A stretch of 64,000 nucleotides of DNA. Origin: the human T2T-CHM13v2.0 reference genome, Homo sapiens. The stretch is taken from NCBI RefSeq assembly GCF_009914755.1, contig NC_060930.1; one strand, 5' to 3'. The notes beneath the pieces are model-generated. The model was given only the letters and a program-made list of their open reading frames with translations, was not told the DNA's origin and made no database searches. A program made the translations under genes and the position numbers. Of the stretch, positions 15,546 through 31,537 are shown piece after piece. Position 1 is the first letter of the stretch. Each line of letters opens with the position of its first letter.

Positions 15546-17479
15546 ATTATAAGAACATCTAGAACAAAGCCACACTTCAGCACATTCTTCTCTTCTTATT
15601 CTCCAAGTTTGCAGAGTGTCAGATATTTTGGGCTTCTCTATTTAATTTAAATTAATTTTAAACTTATTTCAGAATTCCTGGCTTAGTATTTATTATGGAG
15701 TGTATTTCTTAATGAAGAAATCGGTATATTACACATTTCAACAGTATTCAAACTCTATTGATTTCTGAAACCTCTCTGTGACCACTTTCCAATGCTAACC
15801 TCTTCCTACCCAAATATTTTTACACGGTTAAAATAACATATATTGGGTCATCCACATTCTTAAGGATCGTGGTTTCTAATTGCAGTCAAGTCATTACGAT
15901 TGTTTCATTTGGAGACAAGACTAGTTTTCTGGTGTAATTGAAGACAGGGCTTTAATCAGCAAAATTGTAATCCTAGACCATAAAATTAAGCCTGTGCACT
16001 CTAATAAAATATATGGTTAAGCAAAATTTCATATTATGTCAATTTCTACAAGGAATAAACAATGCAGCCACTTTGATGTCCACAGATCAATCTACATGCT
16101 CGTCTTTTGATCATTTATTTGGATACAGTAAACTACTCATATGCTGAAATTGGAATTTTCAGAATTTTTACTTCATACATCCTACATTACTTTTAAGCAT
16201 ATTTAGAATGAATGGAAATGTATACATCATGAGAAATTCAGGCAAAACAAATCAACCTGGATTTATTTAATGCATATAAGAGAATCTGAAAAAAGAAAAT
16301 CACACCAGAAAATTTATTTTGTATTTTCCTCATTTTATGGATTGATTATATGTTTGCTCAATGTAAACATAACAAAAGCATGTTTTCTTGGAACTAGGCA
16401 AAATAAAAGTTTGATCCTTGATCTAAGTAGAGGATACAGTTAGTTCCTAAAACCAGTGACTCCATTTGGCTTGTGCCCATTTGAGGTCATTAATGCCATT
16501 TGTACTACACAGGGCCGCAGCCTCATCTCCCAGCTGGCTGGATCCAACAGAGACAGGCAGGAGATGTATATTACAACTTACCTCCACGACCAGTAGGATC
16601 TGACTAAGTGCATTTTTCCTGCTACAGTTAGGCAACTGCACGTAAAACCCCCAACCAAAGTTATACAACAGCAACAACAACCCATGTTGTTTCTAAATCT
16701 GCATAATTGCAGGCAATTTTGTCAGCTACAACTATACATTTTCCAAAGTATATGTCTTCCAATCCCTCGGCATAGAACTTAGGAAGACAAATTCCTATAG
16801 CCCAGTGGATTCTGCCCAGTTGCAAAGTTCCGGGGCAGACATGCTTCAAAATAGATATGGTTCACAGAAGATGAGTGGAGGATTTGAGGACAAAGGAGGT
16901 TTACAGGTTTCCTTCAGTGTTCCAACCCATTTGGGAAAAAGAAATATTGAGGCGCGTGAATGTAACTTTCTTTCACTTAAAATAAAAAGGCTTAAGTGAG
17001 AATGGTGCCTTCTACCTTGACGGGCCAAGCAGCTGAACTCCCTCTCAGCAAGAGCTTTCTGTCCGTGGAGGCTGGGCTTCGAGCCACTCCAGGAAGGAGA
17101 CGCTGAGATGCTGAAGCCCTGCATGAGATCTGACTTGACGGCATCCCTCTGTGGCTCACCAACCAAGCTCGCATCCCTCTCCCATAGGAAAGAATAAAAC
17201 TGTGCCGGGATCCAGGGGATGTAAAGCTGTTTTTCAAATTGTGAAATGCTCACAGAAAGTGGCTGTGTCATCTGAATACTGCGTTTATTCTGAAGAACGA
17301 CAAAATTATAAGAAGAGACACAGTGTCATGTTCTCTATTATTTTCACTTCTTTACTTCATATTCCTACCAGAAATTCCAAACTTAACATCGCTATCATTT
17401 TTTTAAATGAAATAATTTGAAGATATAAGAAAGGAAGCGACCCTATTTAATGAGTGGTAAGTTTGTGAGAGGAGCTTTA

Positions 17480-17645
17480 TATAACTTAATTTGATTCGCT
17501 GAACTCTTCAGTAACCCTGTGGGGTGGGAATTATTGCTCCCATTTTAAGGATGAGAAAACTGAAACGTGGAGAAATAGACTTACCTGAGGTTTGCAACAA
17601 ATAATTGAGAGAACCAGGATAAAAACTCAACATTTGGCTGACTCA
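17480..17645 (-). mobile_element. MIR
   Basis: Core ctcccattttaaggatgagaaaactgaa. Confidence 0.75.
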
Positions 17646-17935
17646 GAATTACTTGAAAATATTGCATGTCACAGTTTAAATATTTTCCAATAAAGCTAAG
17701 AAAGTAAAGTGCTTTGAGGCATAATTGTGAATATCCTGTAAGCAGTAAATAAGCTTTAAAAAGTATATTTTTTCCTACTTCTCTATTCATGTCTTGATTG
17801 AATCGAATCAATATTTTGACCATTCACAATGAGCGAGAATGTGTCTGAGCAGTCACTAACCTCTCTGAGAAATGCAGTAATAAATCTGCAGTTCCCACAG
17901 AGAGGTCCCACAGTGTCATTAATAATAGTAACAGC

Positions 17936-18238
17936 TGACCAGGCGCAGTGACTCACACCTGTAATCCCAGCACTTTGGGGGACCAAGGCAGGGGGATCAT
18001 GAGGTCAGGAGTTCGAGACCAGCTTGACCAACATGGTGAAACCCCATTTCTACTAAAAATACAAAAATTAGCTGAGCATGGTGGTGCATGCCTGTAATCC
18101 CAGCTTCTCAGGAAGCTGAGGCAGAAGAATCACTTGAATCCAGGAGGCAGAGGTTATAGTGAGCCGAGATCGCACCACTGCACTCCAGCCTGGGCGACAG
18201 AGCGAGACTCCATTTCAAATAATAATAATAATAATAGT
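17936..18238 (+). mobile_element. AluS SINE with (AAT)n tail
   Basis: Full dimer; TSD aataatagtaaca. Confidence 0.95.
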
Positions 18239-18682
18239 AACAACTTTACATTTATAAGACGTTGCCCCACGTATTATCACATGCCGTTCTCATAGCCCAG
18301 TTTGGTGGTTAGGACTTCATTCATTCATTCACCCATTGTACTTTAGATATTTATTTCATTCCTATGAACTCAGCCTAGGACTGTGCAGGCCTTCGGAAGG
18401 GAGAGATAAAAAGATCTATTTCTAGCCTAAAGCCACTCACTGTCTTGTATGAGGGCCACTGATGAAACGAAAACACAAGGTAAGTGAAAACACTCTCCAT
18501 GTTGAAAATACATAACCTAATCAGTATTCTCAAAAGAAAATAAAGTATTCGACACATAGAGCCCACCAGTTTGAGACATGGTAATAGGTACCTGTTTTTC
18601 CTTCATTATATAGCCTTTATTCCTTCCATTTTAATACCCATAAATTGGTTCTAATATTGCTCACGAAAAGTGTATTACGTAG

Positions 18683-19050
<368 letters not shown>

Positions 19051-20209
19051 TTGAAATGGACCTTTTAACCCGACACATCCCTCCCCCACAAAAAAATAAA
19101 ATGAAAAGGAAGTGAACTTTCAGCGATTATCTTTGAAAGTCACACGTTCTCACAAATACGCCTGTAGATGGTGCTGTACTGAGCATTCTCTTTCGGATGC
19201 AATGACCACAGTCAGAAAACTTGTCCTGTTTCCAGCACAGTAGGGTGACCACATCCTCCTACTTTGGGCATGAGCTGTGCTCAGAAAACATGTCATGTGA
19301 ACAAAAGCATCAGACTGGGGTTGGGGAGGAGATCGTCTCCCTCCTTGGAGCTGATCAATGCATGCATTGGAACCAGCGGTGGGGGTCCCAGTAACCCCCT
19401 TTCCACCCAAGTGATCATCACCGTGACGCATCTCGGGAGTGGGATCCAGTCTGAAGAATCCTCGTCCCTGAGAAGTTTTAAATCTAGAAGCTGATGATCA
19501 GGGCTGACGATGAAGAGTGTGTGTGGGTAGAAAGAGGGAGGACGCTGCTTAGGGAAAGCTGAACGAACGTAAAATAATGTGGATTGACGAGGTGAGAGGG
19601 GCTTTCACCTGGCCAACCATAAGAAGTACGGGTGCTTGGGACAGAGGAGTCCCAGCTGCCAGGCTGAGCCCAGGGGCGCGTGCCTGGCTGCAGACGGCCA
19701 GCCTGGGTGGCTGTGGAAGGAGAACGGTGAAGTCCACCGAGCCAGTGCTCATGTCCTGTTCAAAGACTCAGTTGTGTCTGAGGGAACTTCAGAGAAGAGC
19801 AAGGATTTCACCACTGGATCCACCCGGGAGGGTGTGTGGAAGAAGTGGGGTCAGAGCGGCTGAAGGGGAGACCTAGGCAGGTAGAGATGGGAATGGGGAC
19901 AGTAGAGGCAGAGACTGAGTGGGAAATGCAGGAACTCCTAGGGGTGGTTGGAGGAACTGCCCCCCCCCCCCACCCCCTGCCCACCAGCCGCCGCAGCGGA
20001 GCTGGGAGAGTTGTTCCATGGCCACAGGACAGAAGGTCTTGAACGCTAGGTTTGACTATGTCTTTAAACAGCCTTAATTTATCTTATGCTCATGATTCTG
20101 AAGATGACAACAAGGTGAGGTCACCTTCGTCATTCAGAAACTGCATGTAATAAAATAAAATGAAAAGCATTGCCAAGGAAATTAAGATTCCCTAGAAAAC
20201 CCCCTAATC

Positions 20210-20640
20210 TTTTCATTACTTCATCAAATGTTTCTTAAATGCCAGGACCTAGTCTAGACTGGGGATATACAAGTAGAAATAAACACTAAAGAAGATAAAT
20301 AAATAAAATGTGAATTACGTTAGATGGTGATAAGTGCTAAGAAAGGAAAGTGAGGCAGCAGAAGGCACTGCAGGCTGGGGAGAGTGTGGAGGTGGCATGG
20401 ATGAGCTGCAGGTGCCACGCAGTCTGAGCCTTTTCTGCAAAGACCCCAGGAATTGAGAGGTTAGCGGGGGGCATCTGGGGAAGGGGTTCCAGATAAGGGG
20501 CGCAGGTGCAAAGGCCCTGGGCTGGAAGCACGCCCAGGGCTCCGAGGTGCGAGGGGGCTGCTATGGCAGGGCAGAGAGAACAAGGAAAGACAGCTAAGGG
20601 GGACGAGGCTGTGCGGCCTGGAAATGAGAAGCTGGGGCTC
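20210..20640. mobile_element. L2-like fragment
   Basis: tcattacttcatcaaatgtttctt...tagatggtgataagtgcta...gcaaaggccctgg pattern. Confidence 0.55.
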
Positions 20641-21328
20641 CGGCACAGAGACAGTTGCCAGGTCACCTGAGGAGGGGCGAACGCCGTGTTTCTAACTGCA
20701 GCTCAGCACCATTGTAGACTTACTTCTGCTTGTCTTACACAATAAGGAAATCGTGTTCCTTCCTCGTCACAAAGGGACTTAGCAAGTTTGTTTTTGGAAG
20801 TCACAGTTGTGGCAAAACCCTCATGAGGCCCTCCATCCCTGGGGGAAGACTCCTGGAGGAAATGCGTAGGCGGGGATTCCACAGGGACGGTGAGACCCTG
20901 GGGTCCCCATCACTGACGGAGCACATGAGGGGGGTCCCTTCAAGCAGCCCAAGCCAGCCTAGGGTCGGGGGTTTCTCCAAACACAGACCCTGAAACAATG
21001 AATTTTCTCAGGTACCAGCACCCAGGGCAGCCGGCCCTGAAAATGCTGGGTAGGGACCGGAGACACCCCTCAAGGTCCTGCGCCTTGGCTCGACCCTGAG
21101 GAGGTGAAGGAGGAAAGCAGGGTTGGAGGCCACTTAAGAGCCCTTCTCTCCGCGAGGGGAGGCCCAACGTGGCTCTCATGGGCTCTCTGAGATTTGAGAG
21201 TAGGAGCTAAGAGCAGCGTGGCTTGGAGGAGATCACAAAAGGAGACAGAAAAGGTGGCCTCTGCTCTTGTAGTCATCAGAATCGCCAGGTCCTGGGGGAG
21301 TCTTAAGCTCCCTAAAATCTGCATTTTG

Positions 21329-21792
<464 letters not shown>

Positions 21793-22626
21793 AATGTGGT
21801 CACTGCATACTGAAAGGGATGATGTTCTGTCCTCTCCCCAGGGAATCCTATTTTTCATGAAAACCTCACCTCTGTCTATCTTTTACGCCAATCAGACCTT
21901 TTCCACCTTTTTAAAATAGAATGAAAAAGAGAGGAAGCTATAAACAACTGATGATCCGCCTGCTGAAATCACAAGGAAAATATGAAGAGGGCCACCTCTC
22001 TCCTCTCTCTTCTCAGGGGTTTGCCTAAACCCTCAGGGACCTTGTGGCTACACAAATTTCTTTAAAGGTCCAATTGTAGGAGCTCCTGAAAGAGTGCTGC
22101 ATTGTTTACCTTGCAGGACATCTTTGCAGAAATAGTTCTAACCTTTATTGTACATTTAGTGAAGAGTGTTAGCACATGTTGAAGGACACCTACAGTGAAA
22201 TGAAGGAAAATAGAAACAGAGAATTGCTGGTAGTCAACCAGAGAGGAAATAAACAGACAGAATGTATTTTCATGGAAATGTTCTCATTAGCTCTTATTTC
22301 TGATTCCTTAGATACTTTCTCATATCGGAATGTTTTGTTGAAAAACAGTGAAATCAAATGCACGCACATTATCACATTTAAAAACTGATCCGCTGCTCCT
22401 TCTGAAATTCAAATCAAGTTTTCATATAATAGACGCTTAAAAATTACCAAAATTTAGTCACTTGAGAAGCTGGCTTATCTGTTTCTCTCTCACAGAATCT
22501 CTTTAGGTGTCTGTTGTAAAAACACAAATGAATGTTTTTTAATGGATGGATGGATGGGAGGATGGGTGGACGGGTGATGTGTGAATAACACTCTCACATA
22601 TAGAACAATATCCCCTCCTAATAGGG

Positions 22627-22748
22627 AAGACACAAATAATACACAAGAAGTTTCATCTTCATAGAGAAAAGACATTTCCATACACAACCTCAGTATCACA
22701 GAGGCTAATTACGTGGTGTAAGTTAATTGCACACAAACGTACAATTAA
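22627..22748 (+). repeat. 122-bp dispersed direct repeat, copy 1
   Basis: Ungapped match to 23979-24100 with 7 mismatches by my count. Confidence 0.95.
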
Positions 22749-23978
22749 CATCTTAGGAAAGAAAGCTATGTTTCACCACATTCAGTCCCAGTTTAATCAT
22801 CGAGTTGATAAATACCCCTAGGAATTCAAAGCCACAGTGCAGAGTCTATGTCCCTGCCCCTGAGATGTGGCTGCGAAGGTTCTTCTTGATTGAGGCAGAC
22901 AGAAGATTGGTTCTGGGCAGGACCCCTGGGCGTGTAAACAAGATCAAATGCTCCATTCTGAGGATAGGGGAGCTTCCAGATCCTGGCTGGGATGCACCTC
23001 ATTGCAATTCACAAAAATAAAACACCTCTTATTTGGAGGTATTATTATGCATTTCAACATGTCTGGAATTAAAAATGTATTTTCACATATGTATTTAGTA
23101 ACTGATACAACTTTTTGCCAATTGAATAAATATAGTCTGTGTATCTATCTAGAGTCTCAGCATATAACAAATGCCTACAAAAAATAGTTACCCAAAAGGT
23201 GCTGTTATTTTGTACCAATTTTAGAGAAGTTATCTTAGGTTCTTGAAAATTTCCTTGTACATGGATATTAGTGATTGACAATATTTGTAAAACAGCACTA
23301 ATTAAACAAAAACCATATTATTTATTGCTTCTGAGTATCTAGGTATGCTTTCAGACCAGCTGACTTGTCAAAATAGGGAGGGACAGGCTGTCAATAGATT
23401 AGAAAGGTATTAGAAAAGTTGAACCAATATGTGTAATTTCAGTTTCATTCAAAACTAGGCAAAGTCAAATTAGTTATATTTAATATAACTGTAATTGTTT
23501 TGTCTTTTCATTTTTGAAGTTCAAAAGGTTCTGATTCCCAATAGATTAATAACATATTATTTTCACTTACATTTAAGGAAAATGAAGATTTCAGCATTAA
23601 CCATCCACCAAAAACAAATGCGTGGTGTAATTGAGTTGAATGACCGAAACTTCACTGCTAAACTCTAAAGGCTTCAAAACTGTGAAAAATAAATAAAAAT
23701 GAAAATTTAAAAGATGTGAAAAATGAAAAGAAGTGAAGAATGGCCAGATATAAGAATCTTCCTACCATTTCTTTTTTTTTAGACTAAGTTTTATTGTATG
23801 CTGCTGCCAGTGTATATAAAACAATTACCCTTGTGAAATAGAAATTCATGGAAATTCAGAGAGGTAGGTGTTAAGGACTGACGAAAAGAGAAGTTTGTAT
23901 ATTATGGAACATGTGTTACGGGGTCAGCTTTTGTACAGGCTTCAAATTTAGCTCTCTTTTGAATATTCGCTCGATCAT

Positions 23979-24426
<448 letters not shown>

Positions 24427-24599
24427 CTACCATGGGCTGGACGTTTCCAAAGCAGGCAGAAATTCTTATTCCTAGCATCCTAGACCCAGTGTTACCATAG
24501 CTTGTTTTTTCCTTCCATCCTTACTGAAAACATTTGTAGATATCCCGTCCATAGGAAAAATGAAGGAATCCTCCCTCCAAATTAAGGGCCTTGTTACTG

Positions 24600-24792
24600 A
24601 AGAAAGTCAGAGAGGGATGGGGAGGGACAGACCGACAGATGATTAGAGACAGGGGAAGACGGAGAAAGATAGAGGGAAAGAGAGGGAGATGCACAGACTG
24701 AAAGAGAGAGACAGAGTGGGGAGGTGGAGAGTGGGAGAGAGAGAGAAAGAGAAAGGGAGGAAGGTGAAAGGGCGGGGAGGGAGGGAGGGAAG
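24600..24792. repeat. GA-rich low-complexity polypurine tract
   Basis: Direct read. Confidence 0.85.
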
Positions 24793-26255
24793 CGGCGAGA
24801 GGCCCTCTGAAGCCATTTTGACATAGTGGAGTCCACCCAGCTCACAGCAGAGTGAGGCCCCGTGATCGAGCCCTGGGAGAAAAGACCCTCCCCTTGAGCC
24901 CCAGCCACCCCTTCAATACACAGCGCTGTTTGTCGCCACCAGGCTTCCGGGCCTGCTGTTACACAGCAGGAGACAACTGAAGCCCGCAATTGCTCCAGCC
25001 CTTGTCCTAGGACAAGACTACTTGGTGTGTGCTGGGGAGAAGGGGCGGCAGAGACAGTGAATTCGACAAAAGGCAAGCCTGGCCTGGGCCTGGGTAGGCA
25101 TAGATGTGGTGAGAAGTGGGAGGAGAGTGGGAGAGAGGTGCAGACAGGTATGGCAGTGTGGTTCATGTACGTAAATAAATGTGCAGAGCCTATCGATGGC
25201 TTTCCCTGCGTGTCTCTGCAAGGAGGGCCCACATGAGTTGCTGACAGATGGCCTGATTAAAAAAAGACGAGCCACGGACTAAGCCGGCCTTACAATTTGA
25301 CAGCTCAACTTAACTTCCTCGAAAGAAGCGGCACAAATGTGGCTCAGACCCCACCGTCAGCAGGTGCACAGCCCTCAGAGTCAGGAGGCAACTTGTTCTC
25401 TTGAGAGCTGTGAGGTGTCACCTGTCACCTGAGAGCTCACAGGTAATTAGGAATTCCTTACAGCACCATGCACAGGGCCTGAGATCCTAGGGCAGGCAGG
25501 AAGGAGGCTTCCCACGGCAGAAAGGAAAGGCCACTCTTCGCGATGCTTCCAGAGTCATCCAGCAGTCTCTTGGAAATGAATACTGGTCTGTTTCTTTTTA
25601 CAAAACTGGCAGTGGGTTCAGTTTCTTCCTCCCATGCTCAAGAGACAATTTCTATGGGCTTGCCCCTTCTGCCCACAGAGAAGCCTCAGCACGAGAAGGG
25701 AGGGGCCCTTAGGTGGGTGTGTTGGGAACTTCAATCTGTGAACAGCTACCAAAAGCCAGACCCATTTCTGACTGTCCTGGGCTCTCCTGCTGGGATGGCC
25801 CCTGCTCCTACTTAGGCAGGTGGCCAGGTTTGCTCAAGTCAGAGGGAGCTGTCAGAAGAAGAGAGACTTCTCCCAGCAAGCCCCTGCTGCCCCCTCCTCA
25901 CATCTCTTGGTCAAACTCTGGGGCCCCAGACCCACAGTGCACACTTCCAGGCAACTCCACCTGCCTCTCTGGGGAGCATCGGTCATTCATCCCGAATCCA
26001 TCATTCATTCAAGGAATCTTTATTGAGCGCCCCCTACGTGCCCAGCAACACTCTGCTCACTCGATATCTGAAAAGAGTTTGTCTGTTTGAAGAGTTGGAA
26101 AACTGCAGTCAAACCCTGGCTTTCACATGAGCAAGTCTGTAAAATTATCCAGCATGCTGTGTTCATCCCAAAACCGCCCTCAGAGGTCCCTGAGCCTCTC
26201 ACAAACCCCCTTTTAAGAAACTTCTTCTCTTCTATGATTTATAAAATGATTTTTA

Positions 26256-26626
<371 letters not shown>

Positions 26627-27318
26627 TCACTCTCCTTTGCTCTCTTGCAGCAGTGTTCATGCAGCGCCTGTCTGGTGCCAGTTCTGAAGCACACACTGCA
26701 AAGATTAAGAAGATGGGTCTCAGCTGATTGGGAGTAGAGCACAGCATCTTCAGAGAAGGCCACGGAAGTCCTCCTCAAGGTGTCCAAGTGTCCTCCAAAC
26801 ATTAGCCACTGTTGTTATTAATAAAGGAATTTAAGACCGAAAAGACCTATGGAGGATTCAGGAGTCCAGGGGCCTGTATTACACAGAAGAGTTAAGAGGG
26901 TGATTCACACACCCGTGAAGATGAGTCTCCTCCCTCATCCTCCCCACACTGGGTCCATAAGAGGTGCTCCTGAGCAGTTTCACCTCATAACCCACAGGCT
27001 TAGATTTGGTGCTGAGGTAGCCAGGGTCAGCCCTAGTGCAGAGTAGAGCAGCTTAATTTCAGATGAATTTTTCAGTGGCCATTGCTCACTAGGTGCCTGG
27101 ACAGGTCAAACCGTTTTCCACTTGTGAACAAGCATCTCAAAGCCAGTCCCCCCGCAGCTGACTGGCAGGTGTGCTCTGCCGTCTGCTTTTGGAAACAAGC
27201 CCTCAAGTGAATTATTTAAAGTCAGACAGCCTACTATTAGCAGACCTAAAGGAGGAACTCCTAGCAATTAATTAAATCCTGATATTTAACCCCCTGAGCT
27301 GAGCTAGTGCCTGTAGGG

Positions 27319-27478
27319 CAAAGGTGCTCAAACTTCAGGCTGCGTCGGAATAACCCTGAGAGCTTGTTAAAAAGCAGACTGCTGGGCCCCAACCCCGGAG
27401 TTTCTGGTTCAGTAGGTCTGGGGTGGGCCTGGAAATGTGCACTTCTAGCAAGTTTCAGGGGCTTCTGCTGACCCTGGA
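27319..27478. mobile_element. MER5A-like hAT-Charlie element
   Basis: ctcaaacttcaggctgc...gagcttgttaaaaagcagactgctgggcccc...ttcagtaggtctggggtgggcc. Confidence 0.85.
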
Positions 27479-29009
27479 TCAGTGTATCACACAGGACCGA
27501 TAGATTATTGTCCCTGATTATGGTGAATAATATGGCCCAAAACACTTAAGAAACCTCCAATTTTCTCAAACTAGCACATCTGTGTACCTAATTATCCATG
27601 TGTCGTCTCTCTGTGTGTGAGGCCACGTGCTCTCCACGAAGACAGGTGAGTGGAGACCAAGACACAGAGGTGCTGCTATGACCGCAACTGCACCCACCTT
27701 GCAGAAAGCGCAAAGCTTCACTTTACAGCAAAAATACCAGCAATCTCCTCCCAGACTTTCAGAGCAGTTCCCAACAGGTAAGAGCAGGACCCTTCTGTCT
27801 GGGAAAGGCAGATCCATGCCTACACCTTATTTGGCAATACAGAAGTATCAATAAGATAATCATAAGTATTTAGAGAGTGATCAAAAGTGCCCTCCCAATA
27901 TAGTTCAACAAAGAGCCCAAAATTTGACTTTGAAGGAGTCATTTCCACAGTGGACAGGTGTTTAGTTTTTTGTGCCCAACCAAATCTCGTGTTTCCGCTG
28001 GCAGTGCCACTGAAATGCATGCGTTTCTGGAAGGTGAAACGTGGCCACTCCTGTGGGACCCATGCTGCCCTGGCCAAGTTGCTCACAGTCCACGAAAGCC
28101 AAGCCGGCTTCCGCATCTCAAGGGCATTGGCTTCCGCAGCTCAAGGGCATTCTCTCCAGGACTTTTTGAAGTTCAAGTAATTCCGCAGATCCAAGGCTTA
28201 TTGGTTAAATTTCATCCAGCACCTCATGACAGCGGCTGAAGTCACATTAACTTCAATCACATCAGTGACAGAAGCCACAGCCTTGTGCTGCTGCATGGTT
28301 TTAGACAGAAACCATGAAACTGCACCGGCAAAAAGTGTAAAACTATACGCACTGGGTCCGCAGATAGAGGTGTGAACCTCAGAGGGGCTGGCCCCGTTCC
28401 GCTCTTACTTTCTATTTTTCTTTCATTTTCTCCATTGTCATTTCTCCAAAGCAGGGCTGTCTACGCTTCATTGTCCTGCCTGTTGACAAATTGTTAAAGC
28501 AATTGCCTTACATTCATTTTAGATTTAATTTCCAGTGGCACTTTTCCTTTTCATGTTAAAGTCTTGCCTCATTTCAGTTTTATTTTTTCCTCACCTTTTT
28601 GTGAACAATCTCCTCCTTCAGTCAGCTCTGGACTAACAAGGTTGAACCAAAGATCTGTTTGCTTGGTGCAGGAAAACCACACGGGAGCCCTACAGCCTGC
28701 CCCGAGGCCGGCCCACATGAAAGCCCGGGGCTTCCTCACAGTTTGCTGTGAGCTGCACCAGCTCTCCTGGAGTGTGAAACCAATTTCCAAATTCACCTGA
28801 GGGTCCTTCTACAGAAAGGTTTTTGGTGAAAATATTTAGAATGTAGCAAAAAGCAATGATCAGAAGGGTATTTCAGATTTGAAAGTCACTTCATCTTCAT
28901 TGTATTAATAAGTATTGATACTGGAATGGGTGGGCTCACAGTTACTGGTCACAAAGAAGAGCTTCTACGTGCCCCTGTATGATTTTGTGTTCTTCACTGT
29001 GTGGGAGGT

Positions 29010-29238
29010 GCAGCACATAGGCAGGTCTGAGCATTTTGGAGACAAACTAGGTTTGGAGACATCCACGCTGCTAACTGGATTCTCCTGGGCCAGAGTGTTA
29101 CTGGATAGTCCTGTTTCCATTTCATCTGTGAAATGAGTTTGCTAAAAAATGGTAGGTATTTCACAGGCTTTGTGTGAGAACTGAGATAATCCGTGAGCAA
29201 TTCTTGAAACAACATGATAAATACTTGGTGTTATTATT
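29010..29238 (+). mobile_element. MIR
   Basis: gagcattttggagacaaactaggttt...ctgtttccatttcatctgtgaaatgag. Confidence 0.65.
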
Positions 29239-29865
29239 TTAGTCATCTGCCTTTAGCCGGGCTCAGTGTATCACACAGGACCTAGAGATTATTGTCCTAG
29301 CCCCTGCCTTGTTGCTTTGACACGAGGTAAGAACTACTTTCCTCCTTATTACACTGTTTTATGTAGGATACTTTGTCTTTTTCGTTTGTTCCCTACGGTT
29401 TTTTTCATAACAGTATTACAGATTGATCCCTGTAAAATAAGTCTTATTTAAATTTGGCTGTGGGCTTTTTAAATATAAAATCATGTGAACATCCCATAAA
29501 AACTATAACACTGAAAACTGTAGCATTACACATTAACAAGCACTTACACTCACATAGCGGCTTCTGGTTTAGGGACTCAGATAACATTCCAGTCATCTTC
29601 TGAATAGGGGGTTTTCTACGTAGTGTGCTTATTTCTCACATTGTGTGGTTTTATTTTTCTAGCTGCTTTTTCTCTCTAGATTATTACACATTCTGAATTG
29701 GAAGAAACATTACAGCCCTCCTAGGTGAACCTTCGTCACAAGACCAAAATCCTTTTATGGGGGGAGAGGAGGGAGCCTCCAGTTTAGGGTTACACACATC
29801 CAAGCTACCAGGGCTCAGCCTGGACCCAGGATACACCTTGAGTCCCTTTTTAAAACATCTCCCTA

Positions 29866-30207
<342 letters not shown>

Positions 30208-30280
30208 TTATTCCCATTGGCCTTATTTCTGGTCTCTGATGCTACCTAGAATAAATACGAAATATATTTATTGGAATATT

Positions 30281-30588
30281 TCTTGCCTTAGCTCAGGCTA
30301 CTGTAACACAATTTCACATGCTGGATGGCTTAAACAACAGAAATTTATTTTCTCACAGCTCTGGAGGCTGGAAGTCCAAGATCAGGATGTCAGCATGGTT
30401 GAGTTCTGGCGAGGGCCTCCTCCTGGCTGGCAGACAGCAGAGAACATCAGTCCCCTGTAAGGCCTCCCTCATGATCTCATTGAACCTTGTCACTGCCCAA
30501 AGGTGACCTCCAAATACCACCACATTGAAGATTAGGTCTTCGACATAGAAATTTTGGGGATGAGAAGGACACAGTGCAGTCCACAGCA
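30281..30588 (-). mobile_element. MaLR LTR (MLT1-type)
   Basis: ggcttaaacaacagaaatttattttctcacagctctggaggctggaagtccaagatcagg. Confidence 0.88.
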
Positions 30589-31144
30589 GAATAGTCAATA
30601 AAACATGAAATAAGTATAAAATCCACATGCAAACCCCAGGTATTTCAGGCTACTTACACCTCCCCTTGGACCTTTCTTTCCAGGCTCAGATACACCTGCT
30701 TTAGTCTTTACTATGGGACAGCTTCTAGAGCTTTACCATCCAGCTGAGCTTTCATTCTTAAAAAGGACTACATTTTTCATCCTTGTTTTGAAACCTTCAT
30801 GAAATTCCGTAAGTTGTCCACCAAAATCTATCCCATTCTTGCTAGCACTAAATACTTTTATAGCTATGTATATACCTATGGACAAATAAACTGATTTCAG
30901 TTCTTTGAATACAGAGGGGTAACCAAAAACCACACCAAAAATGCTTTAAAGTCTTTGATTTTTACAGAGATAATAAAGATGATTTCTTTCAAAAGCTTCG
31001 TATTTCTAACACTATTGGAGAAAACCACCTTTCCTAGCTTAATATGTAAGATTTATTTTGATTCAAAAGTGTTAACTGGAACTTCTGCCTCTAAAGTCAC
31101 GACAGCATTTTGTCTTCTCTCTAGAGAACGCTGCACATTTGTAA

Positions 31145-31537
<393 letters not shown>

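Noticed and set aside
24594-25232. 212-aa minus-strand ORF
   Set aside because: The Ser/Leu/Pro tail comes from the GA-rich low-complexity tract.
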